A stretch of 64,000 nucleotides of DNA from NCBI GenBank assembly GCA_051294905.1, contig CM119373.1, positions 3,846,001-3,910,000 on the forward strand. The letters are read 5' to 3'. This DNA comes from Botryllus schlosseri. Its lineage: Eukaryota. The notes under the pieces were generated by a model. It was not told where the DNA came from. It saw only the letters and a program-made list of their open reading frames with translations, and did not search any database. The position numbers and the translations under genes are program-made. This document shows, in pieces, positions 1-14,200 of the stretch. The first letter of the stretch is position 1; each line of letters begins with the position of its first letter.

Positions 1-306
1 AATTCGTCAATCAGACTATGCATCCATTTGCCGTAACTGCGTTGTCAAAGACACGCCCACTCACCTCAAACGTTGTTAAAGTTTTTAACGTTAAAGCGCG
101 ACGCTGATAGGGTGGTGGGGGGAAAAAAGCATAATCAAGCATGCGCTTCCTAACTTGTCATGGGCGGCGTATCGCTTCGCTACCGCTCGCTCTACGCCTC
201 ACTAAGCACACATGCAATATATCGATCGTCACGCGTTGCAGCAAATGGAAAGGGTCAGCAGGACAGAAATGCTGTTCAACAAAATATCGTTCGTGTTAGT
301 GCCCAC

Positions 307-1817
307 TAGGGTTGTCCATAATTTGGAAAATCTTACAAATCCTCGGTTGTAATGTCGACCATAGAACGGCGACCATAGAACGGCGAGAAGACTAGTAATC
401 AAGAAACCACGGCTCTTGATTGGATAATCGGCTATGCTTCAATGACCACGTCAGCAGCAGCTTGCTGATTAGGTGAACAAGGAGTCTGCTACTGGCGGCG
501 ATTCTGAAAGCGCAATGTATGTAGGATGACAGATAATGATTTAGGATTGATTCAAGGTATCTTGAGGTACGAAATACATGATGTACAAACAACAGCTGCT
601 TCACAAAAACGTCTAATGCATGACTGCTTCATTGTGAAGGAAACCGCTGTAGCCTATATGCCTTGTTTTCAACGAGGGAAAGCATAGGCGCTTATGCAAG
701 TGGCGACGGATTCCTAGTTTCAGAAATAATATATCATTATTGAATACAAAGATAAAGCTTAACAATGACACTATAAGTTAGGTGATCTTATTGGGCTCAG
801 GCTGCAGTACATAGTTGAAGTTTTGAATGCCTAAGCGATCGGCTGAATCAGACGGTTAGGCTTAGCACTCATCAGATGTTTGCAGCAAATTGAATTCACT
901 TGTAAATGTTTTCAAAGTCCCTATAATGATGTCGCAGAAACGAGGTTTAAATGCAAGCACAGGCCCTGCTTGATATGATATGCAAACTATGCTGGATACT
1001 ATGCACTATGCAGCATTGTCTGTGTTTACCTTTACACCCCTTTTCTGCGCGATTGTTAAGGAATTTGACAAATCATATCCAGCATATTATGTGCTTACTT
1101 TTACGCCTCTTTTCTGCGTCATCATCAAGGACTCTGACAACACTTGCAAGTGAATACAGTTTGATGCAAGCATCTGACAAGTGCCAAGCATAACCCGCTG
1201 ATTCAACTATGTACTACAACCTGAGCCCAATGAGATCACACAAACTATAGTCTGATTGTTAAGCTTTATCTTTGTATTCAATAATGATATATTATTTCTG
1301 AAACTAGGAATCCGTCGCCACCTGCATAAGCGCCTATGCTTTCCCTCGTTGAAAACAAGGCATATAGGCTACGGCGGTTTCTTTCACAATAAAGCAGTCA
1401 TGCTTTAGACGTTTTTGTGAAGCAGCTGTTGTTTGTTCATCATGTATTTCGTACCTCAACATACCCTTAATCAATCCTAAATCATTATCTGTCAACCTAC
1501 ATACAATGCGCTTTCAGAATCGCCGCCAGTAGCAGACTCTTTGTTCACCTAATCAGCAAGCTGCAGCTGACGTGGTCATTGAAGCATAGCCGATTATCCA
1601 ATCAAGAGCCGTGGTTTCTTGATTACTAGTCTTCTCGCCGTTCTATGGTCGGTGGCACGCCCATTCTTCGGCAGCTACTTTCAAACGCTTTGCACGAAAT
1701 CTTAACGGCCTTTCTGTGAGCTTCTTTCAGGCCCAGTGTCGTTTTTTATCAATAATCTATCGAATAAGACATTACAACCGAGGCTTTGTAAGATTTTCCA
1801 AATTATGGACAACCCTA
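307..1817. mobile_element. Fold-back hAT-type MITE
   Basis: Terminal inverted repeat (TIR) TAGGGTTGTCCATAATTTGGAAAATCTTACAAA; perfect 8-bp TSD GTGCCCAC (299-306, 1818-1825); internal inverted arms about 371-820 and 1200-1650. Confidence 0.9.
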
Positions 1818-1997
1818 GTGCCCACACGTATGTCAAACCATTCACCCAGAGCATAACCAATACATTGCGCTTCCTCACTTGTCACGGGCGGCGTATCGCT
1901 TCGCTAACGCTCGCTCTACCCCTCACTAAGCACATGTGCAGTATATCGATCGCCAAGCTTTGCAGCATATTGAAAAGGTCACATATGTCAGACCATT

Positions 1998-2130
1998 CAC
2001 TCGCGAAATCACGTGATTGTCACGCCCAGATGCCCATGGTGAATTTGTTATTGTTGGTGCGTATAGGACTCAATAAATAGCGCAGTAGTCAAAGTAATCT
2101 GGGCGTGACAGTCACGTGATTTCCCGAGTG
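1998..2130. repeat. Small inverted-repeat element with ~35-bp arms
   Basis: CACTCGCGAAATCACGTGATTGTCACGCCCAGAT ... ATCTGGGCGTGACAGTCACGTGATTTCCCGAGTG. Confidence 0.6.
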
Positions 2131-2439
2131 TCAACACCACCTTTGAGTACACGCTGACAATAACAATTGAATATCTTCGATCCACTCCCTATACGCCTCA
2201 AGAAGCACAGGTGCATCATATCGAAAGGATCAACAGAAGCTAAATACCTCTGATCCACCTTTTACTCATTGAGGCCCACGACAGGATATATTTTGTCGCC
2301 CAAAACACCTGGACCGGGTACTAGAGACATAATCCTGTTTAATTCGTGGTCACGACAGCGCCGATATGCCTATTTCTCTAAAATATTAGAATTTTTCTCT
2401 AACTGATGACATTTAAACCTCGATCTCCTGGGATATGGA

Positions 2440-3478
2440 ATCGCGCGAAGCGCGAAAAAAATTCAAGTTGAATAAATATCCTTGAACATACGACCAACGA
2501 AATAATTTTGGGCCCCTTCGAGCTCCCCCAATTGGGGATGTGGGTGCGGCCTGTCCTGGTAGATCATAAGCTAAAAATTCTAAGTAGATTACTTTCGTCC
2601 GTTGCTGCATTCGCGTCGCGAAACACAATGATCAGATCCCCGCACTGTGTGATTGGGACTTTAGTGATACTGTTGTGGAGAATATTATTTTCATTCTGGG
2701 CCAGCATCGAACAATTCATTGGTGAATGGGGTACTACAGAGAAGTGGAGAAAGATTTTTCAATATGCATGATGTACTTTGTATGTCTTGTACCAAAACAA
2801 CTGAAGTTGCGATGTCAGAATATTCAATCCAATGATACAATCAATTCCTGTGACTCTTTCAGTATGTACAATGATTTCCAGGCCCGACATTTTAAACTGA
2901 CTTCAAAGATTAATGCGCTCCGATAAATTCTCAATCCATTAAGATTCGTTGTTGCGGTGGTGCAGTATACCTCCGCCAGAAGTTGCTAATAATTCGAAAT
3001 TATGGCTATGTTTAGCTTGCAATAATACGGCCTGCCGAAGTACAGTAAATCTGTACATCAATTGCACTTCATTGCGAGTTCATTGCATACCCCTTTCAAC
3101 GTAATGCGACATATGACCCTGCCGGAATACTTGGTTACTTCAGCATTATCTTCCAGTTATTATACGCTTGAAATTATTTTAGTTGCTGTTAGCCGTAGGT
3201 TGTCATATCCAGTAGAAAAAGCCACCGTTTCTCCCTATAACGTTTTCGATTTGTACATGATGACTTCATGCGTGCCACTACGTCTAATCAGATTTGGATG
3301 AAAAGCTTTATGTAGCCTACGTATAATTAGATAATACGAATATATTTTTAGCGAATAACATAAGAAATATAACTAAACTTCTACATTAATTCTGAAATTT
3401 TCTAAATGGCTCTGTGGCCCACCTCAAAATGCTCTGTGGCCCACCAGTGGGCCATGGCCCACCCTTTGAGAACCCCTG
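2440..3478 (-). mobile_element. Truncated copy of the hAT MITE family at 53791-54972
   Basis: Reverse-complement similarity over about 1 kb, ending GAGAACCCCTG. The other terminus was not found. Confidence 0.75.
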
Positions 3479-3599
3479 GTCTATACTTTATGTACAGCCT
3501 TTTTTCCATGTTGGTTAACGCCTCTAATCAGAACGAGACGAATAAGTTTGGTTTATCGCCCTATATGGGGGTGACCAGGAGGAAAGGAAAGGACGTAGT

Positions 3600-3907
3600 T
3601 TATTTTTGTCCTTGATGTTTCTGCGGCATATACACCGACTCATGATATACATACACACGATCTGCGCATATGCATACCATGAGTGCATGATGTGCATATG
3701 CCGTTGGACAAGGAAGTGCAGATATAGCCTTTACGACTTTCTAAGTCATGCACCACCCCTCCATGCTATCCCAGTAATGCATGAGCGCCAAGCAGGGAAG
3801 CCATGGATACCAGTGTTACTAATTAGGTCTTTGGTCTGACCCGGCCGGGAATCGAACCCACGACCTACCGATCAAGAAGCCGAACGCTTAACCATTACGC
3901 TATCTTG
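3600..3907 (-). mobile_element. tRNA-derived SINE
   Basis: Minus-strand A box TAGCGTAATGG and B box GGTTCGATTCC, then CAGACCAAAGAC...CTGGTATCC...CCCTGCTTGGCGCTCA core. Second copy at about 63070-63349. Confidence 0.8.
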
Positions 3908-5239
3908 ATCGGCGACCAACAAGTTTTTTTGGAGGGAGGGGCTGACGAAGTGCTGTTTCGGCCCTGAGTAAAGGTAAAACGAAGACCTGAGCTATCGTGA
4001 GATCCATGAATCACTAACAAGGAGTTGCAAGAGCAGGTTCTTGCGAAAAGTATGTAACGTGATATACCACGGATCGTATGAATACAAAGTATGTACAAAA
4101 TCGCTTTTAAAGGTAATCTAATTTTTCGACTGTCCCTATTTTTGGGTCCATGTCGATGGCAACCCTGCTAATAATTATATCATATAGCCCAGCCCAATTA
4201 CATTTGAAAACAAGTTATTTCTGAACAGCCCTACTGTGTACATTCCTCCTTCCATTTGAGTTATTCTACTCTTTCTGACAGTCTCCATCAAATGAAGCCA
4301 TTGAGACGGTCCCGGTTTTCAACAGTACTATCACGGAACAGTATCGAAGGCCCCATCTCTCTGGGGATTGGGTGGCGCCTATTAATTCATCATCGCAAGT
4401 ACGTAGAACACAATTGGACCACATAATTCTGGTTGCCTATTTATACTCGATGGCAGACGTGTTCAGTAACGAAGTGCTAGTACTTTTGAAACTGAAGTAG
4501 ATTTTGCCTACTTGTACTACTTGCTGAAGTAATTATGATTTGAGACTACTTCTACTTTATGGTTTTCACTTTTTGAGGCAGAGCTAAGCCTGCCATACTT
4601 ACTTTTTACTGACTTGAAAATAAATACTGCTACTGGAGTAGAAATTTACATTATTACTTCTACTTGAATACCGACGGTGTCTTGTTTGAACACCTCAGGT
4701 CACCAAGTACTTGTTCTTCTCAAAGTACTTGAGTAGATTTTGCACTCGCACTACTTCCACAAGGGGTTGCGATTTTATTCTACTTCTACTTGACAGTGAT
4801 CTGATTTTGTGGCAAAACTAGGTCTGGAATACTTGCTTTTTTACTTGTAAATTGTTACTTCCACTCGAGTACCGACGATGAATACTGTGACCGTCGCTGC
4901 TCTGGTTCGATAAGAGCTTTTCATCAAAATCGTATTCAATTTCCAAGTTTTTTCCAATTCTGTCATTCTAGTTCTCATCTAATATGGAAAAGATGAATAT
5001 TCTATAGTAAAATGCCAGCTTTTGTTTTCTCGCAGACGATTAAGAAAAGGATTTCAAACAAGTCCAAGTCCTAGAATATTTGACGGATGATTATTAGTCG
5101 TGTCGACTACCTCAAGAGTTTTATGAATGTCTCAAGCCAACTCATTCCCAGCTAGACAGCAAGCTGCTCCCGCCTATTTTTAACGTTGTAGCCTATTGTG
5201 CTTCACGGGGGCGCTTTTTCACTTGCCCTTGATGAAAAC

Positions 5240-5706
5240 CAGACTTGGACAACTAGATAATTCCAGTTGTGTAATTATACTGATAAGACCGAAACCCCCG
5301 TAATGTAATTTTAATCTCATTTGTGAAATGTGTGTGTGCTCTCATTTTTAATTCCAATCTACTTTCCGGTTTTCCTGAATACGGAGGGTGAACTGTATCA
5401 TGCAAAAGAACCAAGCTCTATGCACAGACATTTGATATGAAGTGAACTTGATTTTTGTTGTATTTCTTTCTGATTCGGAATTTATGCAATTTCACAAGTT
5501 TTTATGAATTCGGTAATTCTAATCTAATATTGGGAAAATCTGTCGAATTTAGATCAAATGTGTAGCTATCATTGCAATCTAATTTGGAGAGGAACGTTGT
5601 TGTTATAATAATGCTAATTCTAGTCTAATTTGAACTACTGCATAGCTATCATTCTAACTCTAATCTAATTTGGAAAATCTGTAAATTTTCTAGTTGTCCA
5701 ACCCTG
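5240..5706. mobile_element. hAT-type MITE
   Basis: TIR CAG(AC/GG)TTGGACAACTAGA; TSD ATGAAAAC/GTGAAAAC (7 of 8). Confidence 0.7.
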
Positions 5707-6658
5707 GTGAAAACTCCTGACCTGGGTTCTTGGGAAACGTGAATTCTGCTCCCATGGTAACACTGTGACGACGCGCAGCGCGTTTTATCTCAGACATTCC
5801 GCAATATTGTGTTGCAAGATTTTTTTGGGGTTATGATAATGTTGCTATAAAAAAAATTCTGGTATCTGTGAGAGAAGAGAGATCGGTGGGTAGTGGACAT
5901 CTTTCAGTTCGGAATCAGCTCATTGGAATTTCGTCTGATAATACACCACGCAAGACAGCGATACAATTAGGAAGCTGTGGAAACGTCGTAGTCGTCTCTG
6001 AAGTCGGGCACCCACCTGGATGTAGGCGATGCAAGAGGCATGCACATTAGGGTTGTTCAAGAATAATGTTTTTTTCCAAATTTCACCCGCTTAGTGATAA
6101 AATTGTCAGGTTGCGTATAAAGACGCTACACACCAAATTTCAATCAATTTCCATCAGTAAAAACCGTGCAATCTTGAATTTAAATTTCGACCATTTTTGA
6201 ATTTGTGCTATTTGCTGTGGCAGATTTCCGACACTTCGGTATGACCAGACAACTTGTTCCAGGCATGTCTGACGTGAGAATGACGCTTTTTTCACGCGTC
6301 TACGTCTTGGTAAAGGCCTGTAATAGGGTTTGGATGATCAAATTGCTAATATATGAAAAATGAATATGACACTGATAAGCTGAAACCACATTGAAAGAGC
6401 CCCGTCAAAACGATGGTGATATACACATTGCATATATATATACAGCACTCAGCGCTGAAATCCGTGACCATAAAGAGAAAGTAAATCGCCTAGCAGGTAA
6501 AATGCAGTAAAATATGTTTCCGACTTTCGGCGATATCTTTTTTCGCACTAGTGTGAATTTCACGTTATCAGAGCAAAAAACTTGTGGGTGGATGTTGTCT
6601 CCACAACGCATTATGACATTTGATTTTTTCCGATATCCTGCGATAGAATTGTCTAATG

Positions 6659-7452
6659 CAGGGGCGGGCAACTTCTCCAGTGGGGAAGGGGGGGGGGGGG
6701 GGTTTGCTGAATCGATACATTATTCGTCTAATTATTTATCCACAAAGAGCTGTTGAAAGAAAAGTTTTTTCTGGATTCCAGTCATTCACTGATTAAATTG
6801 TCAGGTTACCCTAAAAAACGCTGCAGACCAAATTTGGTTCAATTTTAACAAGTATAAGCCGCCGCAGAGCCAATTAGAATTTTTGAATTATTAGGAAATT
6901 TTTTAAAAAATCGAATGTTTCTGTCACCCCATGAAATTATTGAATTGTCCTCAAAGATGGAAAACAAATTTGACTCAATTCCAAATGGTAGAAGCGGAGT
7001 TATTTGAGTTTTTCGTTGATCATTCTCGGATTATCCTTGATTGGTGGATTGTATTGCAAGGAAAAATCGTATTTAATGGATGCATTTTAACGACAGCAAT
7101 GTAACTTTAAAGCCATTTCTCGACAATAATCACGATGACAATGTGGATTTCAGAACAGCATTGTCATACAGGCACCACCACTCCACCATGTCTGCTTCTG
7201 ATCAGCCAACAAACGGTGCTATCATAGTGTTCTAAGGAACACTATGGTGTTATCCTTAACTAAGATTTCAAGGCGTTCTATAAGCCCGGTAACCCAAATT
7301 TGCCAAGATATCAATTCAATAGGGTTTTAGGTGACGAGTTAGGTGGTTGTTTATGTCAGCAAGTAGTGAGGAATCTCGGAAGACTGGGGCCGCGGGCCAC
7401 ATTATCATTTAAGACGGGAAGCTGTCCGCAGGCCGTATGTTGCCTGCCCCTG
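6659..7452. mobile_element. hAT-type MITE
   Basis: TIR CAGGGGCGGGCAAC / GTTGCCTGCCCCTG; perfect TSD GTCTAATG. Confidence 0.85.
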
Positions 7453-7571
7453 GTCTAATGTCTTGCTCTAGCAAGCGGACTGCTACATTTTGTGGACGTT
7501 CAGAGATCTCACATCATTCTCCAGATATTTATAATATATTGAGGGAGCTCGAGTATCTTGTGATTCGATGT

Positions 7572-7997
7572 TCAGGTCATCATTAGGTTAATAGCGATGC
7601 TGGTCTCATGTTTCAGTTTGTCGATTTCATAATAAATAAATGCACGCTCAATATTTGGGATGAGGCGTGCTCGAGACCTCTCTATCGTACCTTTGATAAA
7701 CTTCGGTAACGTCTTTTTGGCGATGCAAGCCTTCAGAAAGGCTGTTGTAGATAAGGCAGTTCTCAATCTTCCCCGACTCTTTATCAGCGTATTGATGGTA
7801 TTTAGCTGCTGCTTGTTGTACCGTTTTCGGAAGTATTTGAAGAGACTCTTTGGGGTACAGAACTTTAACATACATTTTAATAATATATTCATAGTAAAAT
7901 ATATTAAAACCCGAAGATTTTCGAGCTGACAGTTTTGAAGGGCAATCGTCAGCAAATGGAGAATTTCAAAAACATGCATCTAGCTACATTGCATACA
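7572..7997 (-). mobile_element. Penelope-like element 5' relic (terminal repeat plus N-terminal ORF fragment)
   Basis: ORF ...LFKYFRKRY...FLKACIAKKTLPKFI resembles the N-terminus of Penelope-like ORFs. 7835-7997 is repeated at 8972-9137. Degenerate hammerhead motif at 7909-7943. Confidence 0.6.
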
Positions 7998-8276
7998 ACT
8001 AACGGTAACCGGCCTCTAAACCGTTTCCGATATCACTGTTTCCGTGCTTACTGCTGCCGAATCACAAAATATCAAAAGTTGTGGACGTGAGACAATTTTA
8101 CTATGAACTGCCGCAATCCTGTTTGGTTTCATAATAAACAAACAGAAGAAAATACAGGCGAGCCTGAACACAAAATTGAAAAATTCCAAAGACGAGGAAA
8201 ATGACGCGTTCGTGAGGTGGCGCCATCGTGCGGAATTTATTCAGTAACCTTTTCATTCCGCGAGATGTCGCTGTCG

Positions 8277-11200
8277 TCACGGCCTTTGGTAGACCTTCAT
8301 CTCCAAGCAACACAGTATGACGACACCATCCCGATCCCACCAGATTCCATCCACCAGATTCCAGTCCCCGTTCGGGTAGCTTCGGCTTAGGCAGGTATGC
8401 CACCAGCCTCCTTCGTATGGAGAAGCACAACCAGATGTTGGGGAACCCACGTCCTTCGTTGAGAATTGTGCATGGTTGTTGGGAAGTGTGAGAGGATCTC
8501 CGACATCCCCGGAGTATCCGGATATGTACAGTCTGTAGAAGTCGGATCCGGGTCCGATCCGGAAGTCGCTGAAAAATAAGAAACGGATCGTTTTAAAGTC
8601 TTTTCAAAACCAGTCACGCGTGGCAAGTGTTTTGTTGGTCCGCTCACTCAGGTTTTAAAGGAAACTGGACATTCGCATTGGGGAAAGTAATCGGTTTGTC
8701 CACTTTCTTGAATTTACGCTATATTTCAAATTTGTCTATGAATCGATACGTAGTAATCAAGATCACCTGTATTTCGCCACCAGATGATATTTTTTGCCTT
8801 TCCTCATCATGTTGATTTCCAACGACATGTCGTCTGCCTTTGTCAATTGATGCAATGTCTCGAGCCCTGGAAACAAAACGTTGTGAGATGATAAAACGCG
8901 TTTGTTTTCAATTTTCGCCGTAAAAATGCCACAGACCTCTAAACGACTGTTTTCGTGATCACAGAACCAGGATTTGAAGAGACTCTTTGGGGTACAGAAC
9001 TTTTATATAGATTTTAATAATATATTCATACTAAAATATATTAAAACCCGAAGCTTTTCGAGCTGACACTTTTCAAGGGCAATCGTCAGCAAATGGAGAA
9101 TTTCAAAAACATGCATCTAGCAACATTGCATACAACCAATTATGACGTCATAGAAACAAACAACATGAAATCATAGTGTCCTATATGGTGTCGACACAAG
9201 CAAATCTCACGGTTCAATGAAATTGTACCACGTCATACTTTATATTTAATCCAAGGCAAATTGACGGTGATTTTTGACCGGCTTGCCGAGCATTAAATTT
9301 GATGAATCGGGTATCAATCGAAAGCTGACGCTGTACTGCTTGCGAAAATATAAATTTTATTCCCCTCATGGCCCTGGAACCCCCACAATCAGCCCCAAAT
9401 TATTCATTGTTGAGTAGATTGGCAGTGTGACGCAACAATGCTGTCTGGCGAAACGAGAGTAGCTCAAGAGCAAGGATGTGACCGAGCGGCGAGAGTGGGA
9501 TCAGCTAACGTCGCGGCAATAACAATGTGCAACCGCGCCACAGAGAAACGCTGCGCTGTTGATACTTTTTCTATGCGCTTCGGTACAAGCGAGCACACAC
9601 CAGTGTTGGGATGACTCGAGTCATGACTTGACTCGAGTCAGACTCGAGTCAACTTTTTCGAATGACTTGACTTGACTCGAGTCACTTTGCAAAAATGACT
9701 TGACTTGACTTGACTCGGCGCTTCAAAAATGTGGATTGACTCGTGACTCGGAGCAGAATTTACGAGTCAATAGGCCCATTTACATGACGCTTTAAGTCAG
9801 CTTCGAAGCTGACTCGTCGATCCGACTCTCTCGTATTCGATGAAGAGAGAAAGGCAAACTGCCTCAAGTCGACTCAAGCCTCAAGCTGTCGGGTAATGTG
9901 GTTTACGATCGGCTTGAGTATTCGGCCATCGGCGTCCCGCGATTTTCGTTCGACGGCGCTGGCTTTTGCCGCGTGGGCTCTTGGCATCGTAATTCATGTT
10001 TTTCATCTGTTGTTGAGAAATTGGCCAAACATGGCAAGGAAAAGTGGGGTTACTTTGTAAGTGCTCGCTTGTTTACGATGGAATGCATGTAATACACCAG
10101 TACCGGTGTAGCAACCGTGCTCTTTTATGACAGTCTTATTAGCGATTCCCTGTGTGTTCTTTGATATTTGGCTGCGACGCTTCGATCTGTAGTAGCCTAG
10201 TTGCTGTCATCAGCTACATAAAATGGCAGACAAGGTAAAACGTTACATCTGTATTTCCGCTTCTCAGACTAGGCCTATACAGTGCGGAAGATATGTGGAT
10301 TGTACCGGTATTACAATTCGACTACGACATGCATAGTGAACTGTGCATAGTGTGCTACATCGATACGGGAATACATGAACGATTGCTGCATTTCGTACAT
10401 ACTGTTCCACTGGCTAAACTGATGCGAGCGCGCGTGTGATGGGATGGAGCTGGTGTCTCTCCCGGGAGGATGATATTGAGATTTGTGACTCTCCTGGTGA
10501 TGATGAAGCGCAGCGGTGTTGAGAATATTGCTTTGTTTTTAGTTCTGGGTTCTGAGTTATAGTGTTCTGCGGATATGATGCGGTCGTGCGGGTGCTCACG
10601 ATTTTCAACTTGCCCTTTTGATATTGTTGGTTTTGAGATTGTATTCATGGTAGCCTATGTGTTTGTTGTGAGGGTGCTGAAATTGGCACTTCCCAAAGTT
10701 TAATTGGTGTGTTGTAGCAGTTTAGTAGTAGTGCTCTATATTGCTCTTTGTGGCAGTTTTTTTTAGACATTCTTGGTATTGTTAACTTCCTATTTGGTAT
10801 ATCATGCCGAAAAGATGCTTCAATAATGTCTCTGCAGTAGTTGCTGTATCGTGACTCTTGAGTCACCGGCATACATGGGGTAGTCTGTTACAGAGGAGCG
10901 GCCGAACAACTAGAGGGAACATGGGGTTTGCAAGTGGGTCACTGACCTTATTTTAACCGCATCGACAAGTGATGCCTGAAATATCAAAACAGTCGTTACT
11001 CCCGCCTACTCCACGGCCCATCTTCGTTGACGCCGAAAAAGCTAGCTGATAACTTATACTTGTTTTTTTCCTCTACAATCATGATATGAACAAGATTATT
11101 TTCCTCTACAAATATCGATATTATGAGTATCTCATCATCCTCGTTAATTTCGAGGATAAGAAACGTTTCAGAGTACGACCAAACACACATTGTCGTTGTA

Positions 11201-14200
11201 CCTTTGCCCACCAGACTTACTACGAATATAAATTTGTAAGGGGTAAAGCGACACCCGGTCGTCCACGGTACAGCTTCCTGAAGGATCATGTAAACAGGGC
11301 CCTTTTACGAGTCAGCTCGGAGATGAGGCGTGACGTCACCGGAGACGACTTGAACGCCAAGTCGAGTTGAACATGTAACCAGGCCTAATTTCAAGTCATC
11401 AAGTTAACGGTGTCGACTAAATCAATGTATTTTGTGCTTGTTCGCATTATTCACGATACGCCGTTGTAACTTGTGAGAGAAACCACTGATTGTACGTTTC
11501 ACTGATCTTACATTGTTACATAACAAATACACTGACCGCAAACGAAATGATCACAGCTTGCGCTGTCGTAGTTGCAGATTAATTTAATAGCAACGTATCG
11601 CTGTTTATTGGACGACAATGTCCTTACATTGCACGGCGCTCACCTTTACCAACCATCTTGTATGATTTAAATCGATCAAATATATTTATGCATTCATATC
11701 CTCACGTATGTGTATAGATGACTAGTGTAGTGTACGATATCAATTTCTTTCATCTTCTCGAGGCTTCGTATTCGATCCTATATTTTGGCTGATAATAAGA
11801 GAATGTAGCGTGTAGCTCAGAGTTGTCAAACTCAACTGACGTCGCGGGCCGCAGCAGTCAAATGATTCCAAAATATTACTAAATCTTAAGTAAATATATG
11901 CACTTTTCCGCATTCTCGGAATTGGGTGTCAATGTCAGCGATTTTCTCCCGACGATGACTACAATTACAACTCCGCTGTCGGGAAGGTATAATGTGCTAT
12001 CTTGAAGGAATATTTATTAGTAGTATTTCTTACTACAACTTCGAGAAATGTGTTGGATAAAATCACGCAATTTTCAACATATACTCAGAATTTCTTCTCG
12101 GGCCGAATGAAATCATTTGGCGGGTCGTATGTTTGACGCACCCTTGATGTAGCTATACAGTTACTTACGTATTTTATGAGCAGTTCTACTTGTGCGTGAG
12201 CGATACAACGCATTTTTGCATGTATATTAAACTTTATATTCGTTATTTGATTAAAGATGAATGATCAATTGATCTCTTTAACACAGCTAGTAAAATATAA
12301 TGAATTTGAATGATCATGATCACTCATACATCGAAAATTCAATTTGACTTGAATTGTGACTTGACTCGTGACTTGACTTGACTTGACTTGACTCGAGTCA
12401 CCTCCAAAAAACGAGTGACTTGACTTGACTCGAGTCACCTTTGAAAATCGATTGACTTGACTTGACTCGAGTCAAAATGTGCAATGACTCGATATGACTC
12501 GTGACTCGAAGGCAGTGACTTGATCCCAACACTGGGCCACACACCAACCTTTCCTTGACTTGTGAGGGTAGAACTGGGTCCACAGAATGTATTTGGTCCC
12601 TACCAATTTTCGCGCAATATCCTTCAGCTGATAGAGATATGTAGGCTACGTCTAAGTAGTTTACATTGGATATGTCAGATTATTATGATATCGATTGCCT
12701 TAGCCCACTTGTTGCGTAGGGCTCCAGAGATGCGTGGCGCTGTTGATTATTTCTATAGGCGCTTCGCTAAAAGCGAGCACACATTACCAGCCTTTCCTTG
12801 ATTTGTAAGGGTAGAACTGGGTCCACAGAATGTATTTAGGCCCTACAGATTTTTGCGCATTATCCTTCAGCTCAGAGAGATATTTAGGCTACGTCTAAGT
12901 AGTCTACATTGCATATGCCAGTTTATTATGATATCGATTGCCTTAGCCCGCTTGCTGTGTAGGCCTCCAGAGACACGTCGCGCTGTTGATGGCGGCGGGT
13001 GTCGATACTTTCTATAGTCGCTTTTATTGTTAAGTGTGAACAATGAGCGTTGAGCATGAGCATACATTACAAGCTTTTATTTGATCCGTAAGAGTAGGAC
13101 TTGGCCCGCGAATGCAGCAGGTAAAATGTTGATTGTTGAATAAAGTTTTACAGCAGGAGTGTCGAATTAAACTGGTATCGCTGTCCGGATTCAATCCGTT
13201 ACTAGAAAGCTTGCGGGCCATACCTGCCAAATGATTCCAAAATGTTACCACCAAATCTATGCCTTTGTTTTTCACTGGAATATATCTGATATCACTATAA
13301 ACATTGACGTTGGAATTTGGTTTATCATTTTTTAGTCACCAAACAGTTTTTTTGAATGCCGGGGACCTTTTGCGTCAAAAGTAATACAGTGGTATCACAG
13401 ATATTTGAATTATTTTCATTCTGTAGCCTGTATTTATATTCCTAATGTAACTTACGTAAAACGGATTTGCAGTATTTTTTTTCGCATCTGTGAATAACTG
13501 AATGTCCATTGTCCATTCGGCCCAACAGAGTTTGCACTTTTTCGCCTTCTCAGAATTTGGTGTCAAGGTAAGCGACGTGGTGCTAATGGGGACTAGAGTG
13601 AAAACTCAACACTGTAGTTGTATTACTACAATATGATATATTTACATTATCTAAATTTGCTGTCTTGAATGAATCTTATTACTTGAAAGTATATTTTTCT
13701 TACTAGAAATTTAAATTTCTGTTTGAAATGTACTGGGTAATACAAACATTCTTCCATTTACTTGGAATTTCTTTCCGGGTCGGATGAAGTCGTCCGGCGG
13801 GCCACATCCTGCCCGCGGGCCGTAGGCTATGTTTTACATCCCTGATTTACTCTTATGGCGTGAGGTATTTGGAGACTTGCAAAACCTCGCTTTGTTGACT
13901 AAAATGTCCATCCCTCTCTTATGGTGACACCTTAGCCATTAAATAAATGAGATATTTGTGTTTAAGTGGTTGCAAAGTTACTAGAAATATATTAAATAGT
14001 CAATTGCTGTATCCCTGGCTGCCCATGGTCGACGGCAAAGGCAAAGGACTTGAATACGACGAAGTCATTTTTCAAAATACCACGTGTCGACTTGGCTAAA
14101 ACTGACGAAGAAAGGTCACACAGGGAGGAGCTTAGAAGGCTTGTTTTATCTATGCGAGATTCACACAAATATGATAATATAAAGTTTCAGCTTAAAAAGG

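Larger units (their letters stand above)
9601..12534 (+). mobile_element. hAT-type element with (GACTT)n/GACTCGAGTC subterminal arrays, copy 1
   Basis: TIR CAGTGTTGGGAT / ATCCCAACACTG; imperfect TSD GCACACAC; interrupts the left arm of 9172-21571; colinear with 14449-18902. Confidence 0.85.

Noticed and set aside
3840..3907. tRNA gene
   Set aside because: A and B boxes are present, but the sequence continues into a SINE core found three times in the window, and no clean acceptor stem was seen.
4460..4900. TACT-rich tract (similar at about 14280-14450, 27835-27950 and 61140-61270)
   Set aside because: Probably eroded MITE subterminal arrays; termini and TSD could not be defined.
10355..10872. 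Possible LINE ORF2 fragment inside the Harbinger-like element
   Set aside because: Composition is suggestive but no diagnostic motif was recognised.
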